Shown piece after piece: positions 11,417-22,932 of a DNA stretch of 64,000 nucleotides. Within the stretch, counting starts at the first letter, position 1. Every line of letters begins with the position of its first letter. This DNA is from an uncultured delta proteobacterium (lineage in GTDB: Bacteria > Desulfobacterota > RBG-13-43-22), in contig CAWDKY010000053.1 of the NCBI GenBank assembly GCA_963802945.1, positions 96,001 to 160,000 of the forward strand, in the 5' to 3' direction. The translations under genes were made by a program, and so were the position numbers. The notes beneath the pieces are model-generated. The model did no database searches. It was not told the DNA's origin and saw nothing but the letters and a program-made list of their open reading frames with translations.

Positions 11417-12674
11417 CTATCTCTTCCTCACCGTCTCCCCTTCGGCCACTACCAAACTCTTAAAATCTCCTGCCTCGACCGCCGGGTATATGACGGAGTT
11501 GCCGGAAATCAGGGTTTTTGCAGGTATAGACGCCCCTTTGCCGATCAAGGTTAAACCTTCTTTTAACTGCCCGGGGAATTCCCGGTTCGGAAGGACCGCC
11601 TGGCCGACTATCTTGGCTTGTTTCCCTATACGAACCTTTTTATCAATAATAACTCGTTCCAGATAGGCCCCGGCCTCTACTTGACAGTCGTGCATAAGAA
11701 TGGAATTGAAGACCTGGGCACCTTTGCCGACCCGGACACCGGGTGAAAGAACAGATCCATCTACCCTACCCTCAATAATAGTGTCGGCCGAGAGAAAAGA
11801 TCGAGCTACCTGGGCATTTTTTTCGATGATAACCGCCGGGCGGTCCCCCTTCAATCCCTCTTCTTCCAGGTTGGTTTGCACACCCCAGGCTTCAGGATTT
11901 AATCCGGAGTTTGGATTTAAGAGATCCATATGGGCCTCAAAATAAAAGGCCAGGGTTCCCACATCCCGCCAGTATCCTGAAAATGGGTAGGCAAAAACAC
12001 GATCCTTTTTTATAATCGAAGGGATAAGATCACGGCCGAAATCCATGGCCGACGGATCCTGTAAGGCTTTTATCAAATAGGGGGTTTGAAAAACATAGAT
12101 ACCAAGGGAAGCCAGGGTCCCTTTGGGCTCTTTGGGTTTTTCTTCCCATCCCCTGATTCGTCCTTGTCCGTCCGCCTGGGCAGTCCCGAAATGAACCAAT
12201 TGTTTTCTGGGCACCTCCATCATGGCCACGGTCAAGTCGGCTCGATTCTGTTTATGATAGGCGATCATCGGGGCATAATCCATATGATAGATATGATCGC
12301 CGGATACGATCAGGATATTCTCCGGTTCATAGCGGTCTAAATAGCTCATGTTCTGCCGCAAGGCATCGGCCGTCCCCTTATACCAGTCGGAGTCTTTGTC
12401 TGCCGGTATGGGGGGGCAGAATTTTAATGCCCCGGTTCCGGCCTTCAAAATCCCAGGCCTTGCCCAACCCGACGTGGCTCATCAAAGAAAGGGGTTTATA
12501 TTGGGTTAAAACGCCTATACGTTCCAGCCCCGAATTCATAATATTGCTTAAAGTAAAATCAATAATCCGATAGATCCCGCCAAAAGGCACAGCCGGTTTG
12601 GCCCGGACATCAACCAGGACATTCAGCCGACTGCCTTCTCCGCCGGCCAGTAACATGACCAGGGTATTAATCAT
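11417..12674 (-). CDS. glgC: Glucose-1-phosphate adenylyltransferase, frameshift near 12400
   Basis: [55 protein letters not shown] 12674 overlaps the upstream stop (ATGA). Confidence 0.9.
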
Positions 12675-13948
12675 GATATCGTCTCTCCGGAAGGGATTTG
12701 AGAAGAATAAAAGGCGTTTTCTTCCAAGAAGGGGTAAAGGATACAATTAGCCCCGACTTGAATCCGGGAAGGGAGATGGGTATTCCTTCCGATAACCGTA
12801 AGACCGGAAGACAATAAATGGGGGAAGCTTCGATTGGGTATTAGATGAGTCCCGCCCCCGATCCGGGCCTTTTCTCCGATTTTTACCCCGTTGTCAGTGA
12901 TTGTTTTTTTGACCATGGCCCCAGATTTTATGAGGGTATCAAAAAAAAGGATCGAATCCTCAACCACAGCCCCTTTTTCGACCTGAACTCCGGGAAACAA
13001 AACGCTCCGTTTAACCGTTCCCTCCACTCGGCAACCGTGGGTCAATAAGACCTGATCCAGACAGGCGTCAGGTCCGATCAAAGCCGGCTGCCGTTCTTGA
13101 ATCCGTTCGTGTTCCAGGTTGGTTCGAATTTGCCATTGTTTCAGGTTGATCTTGGGCGCCGCCCCGAACAGATCCATATGGGTCCGCCAATATTCGTCCA
13201 GGGTACGGGTATAGCCCCAGTATCCGGAGAAGGTATATCCGAAGGCCCGGCTTTGATGAACCAGCGAAGGAAAAATATCCCGACCAAATTCAATGCCCTC
13301 TTGGTGGGGATGGGTTTTTTTAAGAATTTTAAGCAAAACTTCGGTCTTAAAAAGATAGATGGTCAAAGAGGCCCATTGAGACCCAGGCTCAGACGGTTTT
13401 TCCTGATAGGAAGTCAGTCGCCCGCCAGGCCGGCCTTCTTTTTCTTCCATGACTCCCAACCCAAAGCGATGGGCCTCTTTTTTGGGGACTTTGATAAAAC
13501 CGGCCGTGACATCAGCCTTTTGTTCCAAGTGAAACTGGATTAACTCACGATAGTCCATCCGATAGATGTGGTCCCCGGAAAGGATCAAGACCAGATCCGG
13601 GTTGTTCTCATAAATGAAATCCAGGTTATGGGCCACGGCATCGGCCGTCCCTTTATACCAATCGGAATCTTTTTGACCGGTAGAAGGGGGCAGCAAGGTC
13701 AACTGACGGTGACGCCCGGTCATGTCCCAGGAGGCCCCATTGCCGATATGGGTGATCAAAGAAGCGGAACGATATTGAGACAGGACCCCCACTTGCCTTA
13801 TTCGGGCATGCATCAGATTGCTTAAGGCAAAATCGATCACCCGGTAATTCCCGCCAAAAGGCAAAGCGGATTTAGGCCGGTCAAAGGTCAGAACACTGAG
13901 TTCATCCACCCTGCCCCCGGCCAGCACAAAGGCCAGAATTTCGGCCAT
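12671..13948 (-). CDS. Second GlgC-like protein with degenerate substrate loop (GlgD-like)
   Basis: LAGGRVDEL and [10 protein letters not shown] replace GGx[19 protein letters not shown] and SGDHIY are retained; YWGYTRT replaces YWRDVGT. Confidence 0.8.
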   Translation of the reverse strand: MAEILAFVLAGGRVDELSVLTFDRPKSALPFGGNYRVIDFALSNLMHARIRQVGVLSQYRSASLITHIGNGASWDMTGRHRQLTLLPPSTGQKDSDWYKGTADAVAHNLDFIYENNPDLVLILSGDHIYRMDYRELIQFHLEQKADVTAGFIKVPKKEAHRFGLGVMEEKEGRPGGRLTSYQEKPSEPGSQWASLTIYLFKTEVLLKILKKTHPHQEGIEFGRDIFPSLVHQSRAFGYTFSGYWGYTRTLDEYWRTHMDLFGAAPKINLKQWQIRTNLEHERIQERQPALIGPDACLDQVLLTHGCRVEGTVKRSVLFPGVQVEKGAVVEDSILFFDTLIKSGAMVKKTITDNGVKIGEKARIGGGTHLIPNRSFPHLLSSGLTVIGRNTHLPSRIQVGANCILYPFLEENAFYSSQIPSGETIS

Positions 13949-14214
13949 CCCAAAACCTCCCTTTGATAATCTGATTATTTTTAACCTCTAATCCCTGGTG
14001 ATGTCAATTGTTACTTTTACAAGTATGATATATATAATATTTATAGGGTTAATAATATTTGAAAACCCCCGTATAACCTTTTTTTGAAGATAAAAAGGGG
14101 GATTAAAAATGGAAACCTCTGCTTTCAGACGACTTATTTTTTATGACGTGAATACTCTATTAATGAAAGACAGGTTTTAACCCTGCTGTTATTGAAGGGT
14201 GACATCGAAGAGTA

Positions 14215-14285
14215 CTTCCTTGAAGTCATGCAAGTTCCATTTGTGAAAAATCCGAAGAGTACAAACAATAATCGATAATGGTGTG
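14215..14285 (+). repeat. Fragment of the island spacer element (copy A)
   Basis: cttccttgaagtc...ttccatttgtgaaaaatccgaagagtacaaacaataatc matches 21466-21525 and 25825-25860 (gaagagtacaaacaataatc is identical to the latter). Confidence 0.6.
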
Positions 14286-14389
14286 GCTTTCCCTCCAAAA
14301 GAATCTTTTTTAATCCTTGAGCACGAAAAAAGTTCTTTTTTTCTCCTTGGTCAACGATCCCTTTTTAATCATGCTTCGGGTAACATTTT

Positions 14390-14630
14390 TTATGAGGCAA
14401 TCCTACCTCCTTACCCAACAGAGAAACCGGGATCCCTTCTTATAACCTCAACTTCACACATCGAAGCTTTAACTTAAACCCATACCGCTTCCCATAACGG
14501 CTTTCTTTCCTTTTACCCCTCTTCTTTACTTCTTCAACTTCTTCCATTGGCACACCCCTTTTCCCTTCTCAGGAGTGTCACCCATTTTATCCTTCTTTTT
14601 TATCTCATGATCTGGTAGTGTAATTATCAC
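14390..14630 (-). mobile_element. Truncated transposase N-terminus (HTH-like; IS481/IS3-like remnant)
   Basis: ATG 14547: MEEVEEVKKRGKRKESRYGKRYGFKLKLRCVKLRL*EGIPVSLLGKEVG resembles the RYxxEFKLxxV start of transposase HTH domains. Contains an in-frame stop. Confidence 0.45.
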
Positions 14631-14788
14631 CGGAATAAACTCCGTCGAGAGATTTAGGGGTCGGGACGTGAAGATTTGGATCGGTGGAATAGTGAGTTTT
14701 TTAAAGGGAGGAAAATACTGTTACTGAATCCATGGGGTGAACAGGGATACCCAGTTTTAGATCACAATATGGAATGGGAGGCGTTATC

Positions 14789-16411
14789 ATGGCTACCACA
14801 ACAAAGAATCGACTCGAAGGAGTTCTGCCTCGCCTGTCCGACTACGTGAAACGGGCGGCCGCGCGGGATCCGAACAGACCAGCGTTCATCTATCATGACA
14901 AGGAATACTCCTATGCCGAGTTTGTAAAGGACGCTCAACAGATGGCCAAGTACTTACTTAAAATAGGAGTTAAAAAGGGTGACCGGTTGGGCTATGTTAT
15001 GAACGGTCGCCCGGAGTTCTTCTGTTTTTACATGGCCGCTTCCATGGTCGGAGCGATTATCGTCGGCATGGGCACGCGTTTCACAGCACATGAGATGGAG
15101 TATGTTCTTAACAACTCCGGAGCCAGCCATGTACTGACACTGTACGGGTTGGGAGACGTGGCAAACTTCCAAGAACGGCTGGGGCAAGCTCTGACCAAGT
15201 GCTCCTCGGTCCAACAAGTATGGGTAGTGGGCGGACCGGCGGAACTTCCCGACGCCCTGACCTTGAATGAGATCATGCAGGCCGACTACTCGGCTTATGA
15301 CCAGGCCCTGAAGGACAGAGAAGCCCAGGTCGGACTGGACGACGGTCTGCTTATTGTTTACACATCCGGCACCACCGGACAGCCCAAGGGCGCATTGTTG
15401 ACCCACAGGAGCGTGGTCTGTCAATCGCTGGTGCTGATTGACGAGCTTGGTGCCCCCACCGGGATTACCCCGGACGACAAGCTACTGCACCACGTCCCGG
15501 TCAACCATGTAAGTGGAGCCACCGAGCTTGGAGCAGCTCCCCTCATAGCCGGCTCCACCTTGGTCGTTATCGACCAATTTAGTCCGGTGGAAACCCTGGA
15601 GAAGATGCAGAAGTATAAGGTGACCATATTCGCTGGTGTCCCGACCATGTATGTTATGGAATTCAATCTGCCCAACTTCAAGGACTATGATCTATCCTCC
15701 GTGCGTTTCTGCATGGTTGGCGGATCAATGGCCCCCAAGGAAATCCTGGAGAAAATGAAGGAACTCACTCCCTACTGCAACAATCCGCTAGGATTGACGG
15801 AGACCGCCGGTCTTATCACGTATAGTGACATAGGGACCAGCGTTGATAATCTTAACAAGACCGTGGGTAAGTGCGCCCCTGAGTTTCAGATGAAGCTGGT
15901 CGACAGGAATCGCAAGGAAGTCCCCCGGGGCACTCCGGGAGAAATCGCCTACCGCGGCCCCACGGTTATCAAGGAATACTACAAGATGCCGGAAGCCACC
16001 GCTGCCGCCATTGACCAAGATGGTTGGCTGTATTCCGGAGATGTGGGCATCATTGACGAAAATGGCGACCTGCGACTGGTGGGCAGATCCAAGGAAATGT
16101 ACATCACCGGTGGCGAGAATATATACCCGGCGGAAGTCGAAGAGTATATATCCAGGTATCCCGGCGTCGCACTGGTGGCACTGGTTCCGGTTCCCCACGA
16201 CGTAATGGGTGAAGTGGGACGTGCCTACATTGTACCGAAGCCCGGCGCAACCCTGGATGACAAGGCCATACAGGAATACCTGAAAGAGTTCCTGGCCCCT
16301 TACAAGATTCCCCGGCAGTATGTGTTCAAAGAGTCGTTGCCCATGACCACCCTAGGCAAGATCGAGAAAAAGGTTATTCGCCGGGAATTGGAGAAAGAAC
16401 TGCAGAAATAG
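14789..16411 (+). CDS. Acyl-CoA synthetase (AMP-forming, class I adenylate-forming)
   Basis: YTSGTTGQPKG, GLTETAG, WLYSGDVG, GGENIYPAEVE, LAPYKIPR, GKIEK. Confidence 0.92.
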   Translation: MATTTKNRLEGVLPRLSDYVKRAAARDPNRPAFIYHDKEYSYAEFVKDAQQMAKYLLKIGVKKGDRLGYVMNGRPEFFCFYMAASMVGAIIVGMGTRFTAHEMEYVLNNSGASHVLTLYGLGDVANFQERLGQALTKCSSVQQVWVVGGPAELPDALTLNEIMQADYSAYDQALKDREAQVGLDDGLLIVYTSGTTGQPKGALLTHRSVVCQSLVLIDELGAPTGITPDDKLLHHVPVNHVSGATELGAAPLIAGSTLVVIDQFSPVETLEKMQKYKVTIFAGVPTMYVMEFNLPNFKDYDLSSVRFCMVGGSMAPKEILEKMKELTPYCNNPLGLTETAGLITYSDIGTSVDNLNKTVGKCAPEFQMKLVDRNRKEVPRGTPGEIAYRGPTVIKEYYKMPEATAAAIDQDGWLYSGDVGIIDENGDLRLVGRSKEMYITGGENIYPAEVEEYISRYPGVALVALVPVPHDVMGEVGRAYIVPKPGATLDDKAIQEYLKEFLAPYKIPRQYVFKESLPMTTLGKIEKKVIRRELEKELQK

Positions 16412-16437
16412 CGGAACGAAACCCATCCGCAAGTTAC

Positions 16438-16476
16438 AAGCCGCCGGAGTTCACTAGAGCCCCCGGCGGCTTTATT
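16438..16476 (+). terminator. Intrinsic terminator
   Basis: AAGCCGCCGG-agttcactagagcc-CCCGGCGGCTT followed by TATT, just after the synthetase stop. Confidence 0.65.
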
Positions 16477-16484
16477 ATCAACAT

Positions 16485-16885
16485 AGCCTCCCTGGTAAGA
16501 AATCTGTCCCCGGACCCGTCATCGCCATCCAAACCTTTGGGGACTTCTTGGGATTCAACTCCCACGGCCATGCTCTGGTTACCGACGGCTGTTTCTCCAA
16601 GAAGGGCTTATTTAAGGTCGCCCCAGCTGTTAAGCTTAGATATCTGGAAAAAATCTTCAGATCCAAAGTCCTTACCTTGCTACTCTCCAAAGGTAAGATC
16701 ACTCCCGACCATATTAATCTGCTGAAATCCTGGAAACATTCCTGGTTTCAGGTCTTTTGTGGCCCAAGAATTCTGCCCAGAAAAAAAGAGGCCATGGAAA
16801 ATCTGGCCCGCTATATCATCCGAGCCTCTTTCTCGCTGGAACAACTGACCTATCTCCCGGAAGATTCCCGGATCATCTTCAGCCT
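16485..16885 (+). mobile_element. IS91-family (HUH/Y2) transposase internal fragment
   Basis: PGPVIAIQTFGDFLGFNSHGHALVTDGCF...HSWFQVFCGPRI...MENLARYIIRASFS: HxH motif and LARY..R catalytic-Tyr motif. N- and C-termini are absent. Confidence 0.85.
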
Positions 16886-16904
16886 CGTCTGACCTTGAGG
16901 CAGT

Positions 16905-17470
16905 TTGAAGATATCAAACGGTAATAGATGATTCAAACACATGTTCCCGTCGAAGATTCGTAGGTGTAATCAACAGACATAAAAATATCATTAAATATTA
17001 ATTGGTTAGGAGAATAGGTTCCGGGATCTCAACGCCTGTCTCGTTTAAATTTCCCGGACCTTTTTCCTTCCATTGCATAGCTATCCATTTCCGTTTGAAA
17101 TCTTCATAAGGGATGTACGCCCCCAATGCTTTAAATCAGCAATTTGATGAGTAAACTTCTTGGCCAATAGGTAATTTGGTTTGTTGATTACCATTAGAAA
17201 TCTGGCGGGTTTGGTGGTCTTAATTGGGAAAAACGTGGGCTACTTTTTAGGGGATCGGAGACTATTTGCAACATTTCTTCCTAAAATGTTGATTTTAAAT
17301 TTTGGCTCTTTATACCATATTACAAACGGTAATTAATCTGTAAAGTCCAGCCCTGCATAGTCCAGTTTTCTTAAGAAGACATTCTCCTTGACTCCTTGCC
17401 TTCCCGAACTGTTTTTCTTCTTGATCATGACATTATATTATCTTATACTCTTTCCATTCAAAAGAAAAGT
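16905..17470 (+). repeat. Island spacer element (copy B)
   Basis: gatatcaaacggtaat...ttcgtaggtgta...ggtcttaattgggaaaaacgtgggctactttttaggggatcggagactat...acatttcttcct...ttatactctttccattcaaaagaaaa, colinear with 21131..21710. Confidence 0.75.
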
Positions 17471-17497
17471 TTTGCAAATTTTTTAAGGAGCCCCAAC

Positions 17498-17625
17498 ACG
17501 TTTTCACTAAAAAACATTGTGGTCCCCACAGATTTTTCCGAATATTCGAACAAGGCACCGCAAAACGCAATAGACATCCCTAAACAATTCAAAAGCAAAA
17601 TCTATCTACTACATGTGGTCGGAAG
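17498..17625 (+). pseudogene. Universal stress protein N-terminal remnant
   Basis: AAGGAG RBS, then ACG in place of a start codon, then FSLKNIVVPTDFSEYSNKA...KIYLLHVV (USP signature). Truncated. Confidence 0.7.
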
Positions 17626-17740
17626 AGTAAGATTGAGGGGGGCGATTCGGGCGGTCGATATGTCTTGATCCTGGCATTTGTTACTTTGAAAATGTCTTTT
17701 GAGCTTTAACAGTGAAAACACATTGATGAGGAGGGAATCA

Positions 17741-19021
17741 ATGAAAAGAAAAATATTAAGATATAATATTTTTTTGTGTATTGCCGTATTTATTACGTGC
17801 ATGATTGTCCTGTCCGGTTCCGTCGGGGAGTCTTTGGCTAAAGAGCCCATCAAGATTGGATTAATCGGCTCTCTTTCAACCCCTACCGGCGCAACCAACA
17901 AGGCCTCACTGGAAATTAGCATAGATGAGATCAACAAGGCGGGCGGCATCCTGGGCAGGCCAGTTGAACTGATCACGGAAGATTGGAAACTTCAGGTCCC
18001 GCTTGCGGTGGCCGCCTACAAAAAACTGGTGATGAGTGACAAGTGCCTGCTTATCTTTACCGAGGGGACAGAGGGAAGTATAGCCTGCGCTCAGGAGGGT
18101 GAACGGCTCTATCCAAGTTACCCCCATCTGATGTTTGCCATCTGGACCGCGCATGCAGGGTTTACCGATCTTGTAGCCAATGACTATAACAAGTATAAAT
18201 TCTTGTTCCGCTTGCATCCGCGAACGGAAGACTTCTATGATCCCGATCTTAAGAATTTGGAATTCTTCACTGAAACGATAGGGACGAAAAAGCTCGCCCT
18301 AGTGATCGAGGATATGGGCTGGTCGGAGGTCTACCGTAAAGGGAAACCCGGCGTATTTCCATCACTGAAGGAATATTTCGAGAAAAACGGCATCAAGGTC
18401 GTTTACGATGTTGTTGTGGACTACAAAGAAAAAATGTACTTTCCGATTTTAGAGAAAGTGGCCGCGAGCGGCGCTGATACCATCTTTTGGTTAACGGGGT
18501 ATGGCGATACAAATCTGATGGTGAAACAGTGGGCGCAATCGGCGGCCAAGGATATCGATAGCGTCTTCTTTTCCGGCATTTGTAGTTACGCGGCCTTCTG
18601 GAAGATGACCGGTGGGCAGGCTCTGGGCGTAACCGCCGGGTGGCCGGAAATCATAATCCCCTTTACAAAATGGACGAAGCCTTTTTTGGATAAATTAAAA
18701 ATGAAGGGCGCTGGCTTGAGCGTCTCCGCTTACGGTGCATATGACGGTCCTTGGGTTCTGAAGGAAGCCAGCGAAAAGGCGGGCAGCGCCGATGATGTAG
18801 AGAAATTGATCAAGACCATCGAGGGCGGCAAATTTCAGCACGCATTCTGGGTCTGGAGTTTCACCAAGCGGCATGACACCAGGAAGTTTCCCCGGTTTCA
18901 GGGCCAGTTTCAGGAGAACGGACGGTATGTCCTTGTTCACCCCGATTATCTCGTTAAAATCACCAATCCTAAAGATAAATACGTTCGAGTCAAGGAGTTG
19001 AGGAAAAGAGCAGAAAAGTAA
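17741..19021 (+). CDS. ABC transporter substrate-binding protein (LivJ/branched-chain type), orphan
   Basis: Signal peptide, EPIKIG, DEINKAGGILGRPVELITED, YDG motif. No permease or ATPase nearby. Confidence 0.85.
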   Translation: MKRKILRYNIFLCIAVFITCMIVLSGSVGESLAKEPIKIGLIGSLSTPTGATNKASLEISIDEINKAGGILGRPVELITEDWKLQVPLAVAAYKKLVMSDKCLLIFTEGTEGSIACAQEGERLYPSYPHLMFAIWTAHAGFTDLVANDYNKYKFLFRLHPRTEDFYDPDLKNLEFFTETIGTKKLALVIEDMGWSEVYRKGKPGVFPSLKEYFEKNGIKVVYDVVVDYKEKMYFPILEKVAASGADTIFWLTGYGDTNLMVKQWAQSAAKDIDSVFFSGICSYAAFWKMTGGQALGVTAGWPEIIIPFTKWTKPFLDKLKMKGAGLSVSAYGAYDGPWVLKEASEKAGSADDVEKLIKTIEGGKFQHAFWVWSFTKRHDTRKFPRFQGQFQENGRYVLVHPDYLVKITNPKDKYVRVKELRKRAEK

Positions 19022-19049
19022 ATGACGTGCCGGGATGAGCCAATATTGC

Positions 19050-19310
19050 GCCTGAGAATATTGGCTCATTATTCGACCGGTTTGGGATGATGGGCGTCGA
19101 TGAGCCGGAAAGGGAATTGTTACTACCATTACAACGCCCATATGGAAAATTTCTGGAGTGTCCTGAAAAATGAACAGGTAAATCATTTTCGTCATGCAAC
19201 CAAACAAGAAGCTATACAGGACATTACACAGTACATCGGGATTTTTTATAACCGGCAAAGAAGGCAGGACAGGCTCGGGTTTCTATCTCCCGCCTTTGTT
19301 GAACGATAAT
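19050..19310 (+). mobile_element. IS3-family integrase-core (OrfB) C-terminal remnant
   Basis: SMSRKGNCY..NAHMENFWSVLKNE...YIGIFYNRQRRQDRLGFLSP. Confidence 0.85.
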
Positions 19311-19737
19311 TCTAAAAACGACTGGCAGTATAAAATATTCGGCCCATCTGAGCGGAAAAGATCGACTGGATTAACTCATTAATAATCTGGATACTCTTCG
19401 AAATAGTCCAAAAATTTTAACTAGCCCTATCTCCAGTAAGTATTGTTGTCAGCCACTCATGTAAAAAATTTTTGCATGAAAAAGGCAGCATAAAAAAATG
19501 ACAGTTTTGATGCAAAATTCAGGTAATAAATATCCGGCTATTTGTATTCCTAACCACGCTCTTGAAATCCGGTCAGCCATTTCTAATAATGTTTTTTTGA
19601 TACTTCATGATGGGTAATTTTTAATGCTTTTATGGCTAAATTCCTCCTCCATTCTTTTTTGGGAAGAAATTTATACTATACCGCTAATGTCGACTTATTT
19701 TTGCTGTTCACTATAGTAAAGCAAAAGGAGGAAAACG

Positions 19738-20943
19738 ATGAATTTTCACTTCACAGAGGAAGAGCTTGCTTTAAAAAAAATATATGACGATTTTTTCAGG
19801 GAGGAAATGAAAAACGCTCCTCCCATAATTCTAAAAGGGGGATTGGATGCGCAATATTCGAAGGAGGGTTACCCATTCAACCGATACATGAGAAAAAAGT
19901 TGGTTGAGAAAGAGTGGTTGGTGCAACACTGGCCGAAGGAATACGGGGGCAGGAATGCTTCCTTGACTGAACAAGTGATCTTTAATGAGTCGATGGCCTA
20001 TTTCGGTGCCCCTGGCCTAAATGTTCAGGGTGTAAAAATGTTCGGGCCTGCCGTTTTGCTCTATGGTACGGAGGAACAGAAAAAAAGGATAGTAATACCC
20101 ATCGCCAAAGGCGAGGTTGAGTACTGCCAGGGATGGACGGAACCGAATGCAGGGTCGGATCTGGCCTCCTTGAAAACCACCGCGATTAAAGATGGAGAAT
20201 ATTATGTCGTCAACGGGCAAAAGACTTGGATTACCGGTGCCCATGTCGCCGACCGCATGTTTTTATTAGCCCGCACTAATCCTGCTGAAAAGCGAAACCG
20301 GGGACTATCCGTCTTCAATGTCGATCTTTCTTTGCCCGGGATTGAAATCAGGCCTATCCATTTTATGAACCATACGCTCTTATACAACGAAGTTTTTTTC
20401 ACCGATTGCCGGATTCATGAATCCGAGAGGATAGGGCCGGAAAATGAGGGCTGGCAGCAGACCCGGGACACCATGAACTTTGAAAGATCGGGAATCGATA
20501 GAATTGCCGAAATAAGACGATATTTTGAACAAACCTTAGACTATATCAAAACAACCAAACGCAACGGCCAATACCTCTGGGAAGATCCTCTCGTCCGCCA
20601 GAAAATTGGAAAAATATATGCTGAAATGGAAGCAAGCAAATCCCTGGCCTATAAAACGGCTTGGCTGCAGAAAGTAGGAAATTTGCGTTTTTCGCCTGCT
20701 GCAGCCTCTGAAGTGAAAGTCTTAAGAACGGAAGTCATGCAGCACCTGACTAATTTTACCTTGGAAATTATGGGATTCCCCGGGAATCTGGAGGCTTCCC
20801 CGTGGGCTCCGTTCAATGGCACCATGATCGAGAGTTATCAATCCGTCATGGGATCCATCATTTGTGCCGGTTCCAACGAAATTCAACGGAATATTATCGC
20901 CTGGGTCGGCTGCGGTCTGCCGAGATTAAAAGGACAAGGATAA
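19738..20943 (+). CDS. Acyl-CoA dehydrogenase (heteromeric FadE-like type)
   Basis: CQGWTEPNAGSDLASL, NGQKTWIT, NEVFF, MNFER, IICAGSNEIQRNII. Confidence 0.92.
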   Translation: MNFHFTEEELALKKIYDDFFREEMKNAPPIILKGGLDAQYSKEGYPFNRYMRKKLVEKEWLVQHWPKEYGGRNASLTEQVIFNESMAYFGAPGLNVQGVKMFGPAVLLYGTEEQKKRIVIPIAKGEVEYCQGWTEPNAGSDLASLKTTAIKDGEYYVVNGQKTWITGAHVADRMFLLARTNPAEKRNRGLSVFNVDLSLPGIEIRPIHFMNHTLLYNEVFFTDCRIHESERIGPENEGWQQTRDTMNFERSGIDRIAEIRRYFEQTLDYIKTTKRNGQYLWEDPLVRQKIGKIYAEMEASKSLAYKTAWLQKVGNLRFSPAAASEVKVLRTEVMQHLTNFTLEIMGFPGNLEASPWAPFNGTMIESYQSVMGSIICAGSNEIQRNIIAWVGCGLPRLKGQG

Positions 20944-20957
20944 AAGGAGGACGAAAT

Positions 20958-21110
20958 ATGAATCTTGATTTTACATCGGAACAAAACATGCTGAGGTTCG
21001 GGCCGCAAAGAAGAGTCCCCGGAAAATCTGAAAAAGGCCGAGTCATGTTTCGGGAGATGGGCTTGGATTATTGGCTGGCTAAGGCTCAGGAGACGCTGGC
21101 GATGCTGTAG
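20958..21110 (+). pseudogene. Chimera: first 13 codons of a partner acyl-CoA dehydrogenase joined to a TPR-protein C-terminal tail
   Basis: AGGAGG RBS, MNLDFTSEQNMLR (ACAD-type start), then ...GRVMFREMGLDYWLAKAQETLAML* (typical end of adenylate cyclase/AAA/TPR proteins). Confidence 0.65.
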
Positions 21111-21130
21111 AGAATTTGAGGAGTTTCCAT

Positions 21131-21710
21131 TGCACATTTCAAACAGTAATCGTTGATTTTTAGGACTGGCTTCTTAAAACATTTGTAGGTGAATTCAATT
21201 AAGGTCGAAATAGTATTAAAAATTAGCATGTTATGAGAAAGCTGTTGAACCTAATATTTTCTTTCCTGTTTTATTTTCCAATCCTATATCTCTCCATTTC
21301 TTCTCCTATTTATTTCCCTTTGAACTCTTTATAGAATGGCTATCATTTACTGAAAATAATCGGATTGTCCTATTAATTACTATTTGAACTCTGAAGATTT
21401 TGGGGGTCTTAATTTGAAAAAATGAGGACTACTTTTGAGGGGACCGGGGACTATCTGAAACATTTCTTCCTGAAATCCTCAACCTTCCATTTTTGAAAAA
21501 ATACAAGAATTCAATCCGTAATCGTTATCAAGTCGGCAGGAAATTTAAACTATCGGCAAACCAACCAGAAACCCCCACCCAACCCATCCCTTGAATTCCA
21601 GAGTGACTTCTAGGACTCCCAGCTTCCTTACCATTGCTTTCCGCCTTAGTTTTCTCCTTGACACTCTCTTTTTCTTGTCCTATATTTTTTCCAACAAAAA
21701 ACAAACCCTT
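21131..21710 (+). repeat. Island spacer element (copy C, most complete)
   Basis: gcacatttcaaacagtaatcgttgatt...ttgtaggtgaat...ggactacttttgaggggaccggggactat...aagtcggcaggaaatttaaac...aaccaaccagaaaccccca...ctcccagcttcc...TTGACA-17-TATATT. Confidence 0.8.
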
Positions 21711-21788
21711 CAAGAAGTAACATGTCCAGACCATGTCGCAAGTTAATCATTTAAAGAACGATGTTAAAATAAAGTATTAGCCGGAAAG

Positions 21789-22379
21789 ATGGTGGTTGAA
21801 ATGATTAAAAAAATACGATTTATTGTTGTACTGGTAATTTTTCTCATGTTTTTATTGGGTATATCCTTAATTTTCTCATTTCAGCAAACTTCTGCTCCTG
21901 TACCTCCCAATATTACCATTGAACCGCCCGATCCGTCTTTGCCGGCCGAAGCTAAACTCCTCACGGGGAAGTGGGCTGGAAAGTGGAATTCAAGATACGG
22001 GTGGGATTGTTTACTGTATGTGGAGAAAGTTGACAAAGATTCCGCCCAAGTCGTCTATTCCTGGGGAGAGTATAATACCTCAAAAATGAGTTGCCATTGT
22101 GACCCGAATTGGGCAAAGGTACAAAAGTCCAAAGTAATCTATCAGGAAGGGAAGGCAACCATTGAATTTATTACACCCATTCTCCAGAGTAAGCACTTTA
22201 AAAAGGAAACGCATACGTTGTCCGGGGAAGACGAAGGATGGGTCAGTAACAGTCCTAAAGGCCACGCTCATTACGATTTTTCTTTTTCAGTAGAAAAAAC
22301 CGAACCTAATACAATGAAAGGACATTTCATAAGTGGGAAAAACAGCTATCTATTTATTAAAATGAAAAAGATCGATTAA
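21789..22379 (+). CDS. Hypothetical membrane-anchored/secreted protein
   Basis: 196-aa ORF with N-terminal hydrophobic helix, LTGKWAGKW beta-rich segment and a CHC motif. Confidence 0.65.
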   Translation: MVVEMIKKIRFIVVLVIFLMFLLGISLIFSFQQTSAPVPPNITIEPPDPSLPAEAKLLTGKWAGKWNSRYGWDCLLYVEKVDKDSAQVVYSWGEYNTSKMSCHCDPNWAKVQKSKVIYQEGKATIEFITPILQSKHFKKETHTLSGEDEGWVSNSPKGHAHYDFSFSVEKTEPNTMKGHFISGKNSYLFIKMKKID

Positions 22380-22408
22380 ACCTCCTAAAACGGCCCTTGC
22401 TGCTCTTG

Positions 22409-22500
22409 TGAGGTGGTCCCCAAAAATTGGACAATTTGATAAGCTCTGATAAACAGGGAGTGTCGATGGAATAATAAACCCCATTTCTCAAGAAAGAGGT
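22409..22500 (+). mobile_element. Solo IS3-type terminal inverted repeat/left end
   Basis: TGAGGTGGTCCCCAAAAATTGGACAA (TG start). A near-identical copy is at 35386. Confidence 0.6.
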
Positions 22501-22593
22501 GGAGTTTTTTCATTTTTGCTCGCGTCATTGTCCCGAAGGTGAAGGAATTGTGCGAAAAATCTTCCCTTCAAGAATGTTTGTTGCGATGGACTG

Positions 22594-22932
22594 TTACCCT
22601 TCTTTATTCTGCGGTTTTTCTTTTATTTCTATTCTTTTTTTTAAATTCGCAATTGGTGCTGCCTTGAGTTTCATGGCGTAATTAAGGTCTATCAAACTAA
22701 TTTTTACTCGGTCGCCTTTTTGGATCAACTCATGAACCGATGTTGAATCTAACCTGGCAATAATTCCCCGTTCTTCAACAAGAACCGGGAAAAATATTTT
22801 TTCGCCAGTTGCAGTCGGATCGCCTATGATAGTTCCGATAGCTTCCGTGGTAGATTTTTGGTTACTGCAAGAATAAATAAATAAAAGAGTAAGACAGATG
22901 AGGAGCACGTTAAAGCCAATTTTTCTTTACAT
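22594..22932 (-). pseudogene. Small lipoprotein with a nonsense codon at position 2
   Basis: AGGAGG RBS, ATG(22932) TAA AGA AAA ATT GGC..., in frame with LLICLTLLFIYS-C (lipobox-like). Confidence 0.55.
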
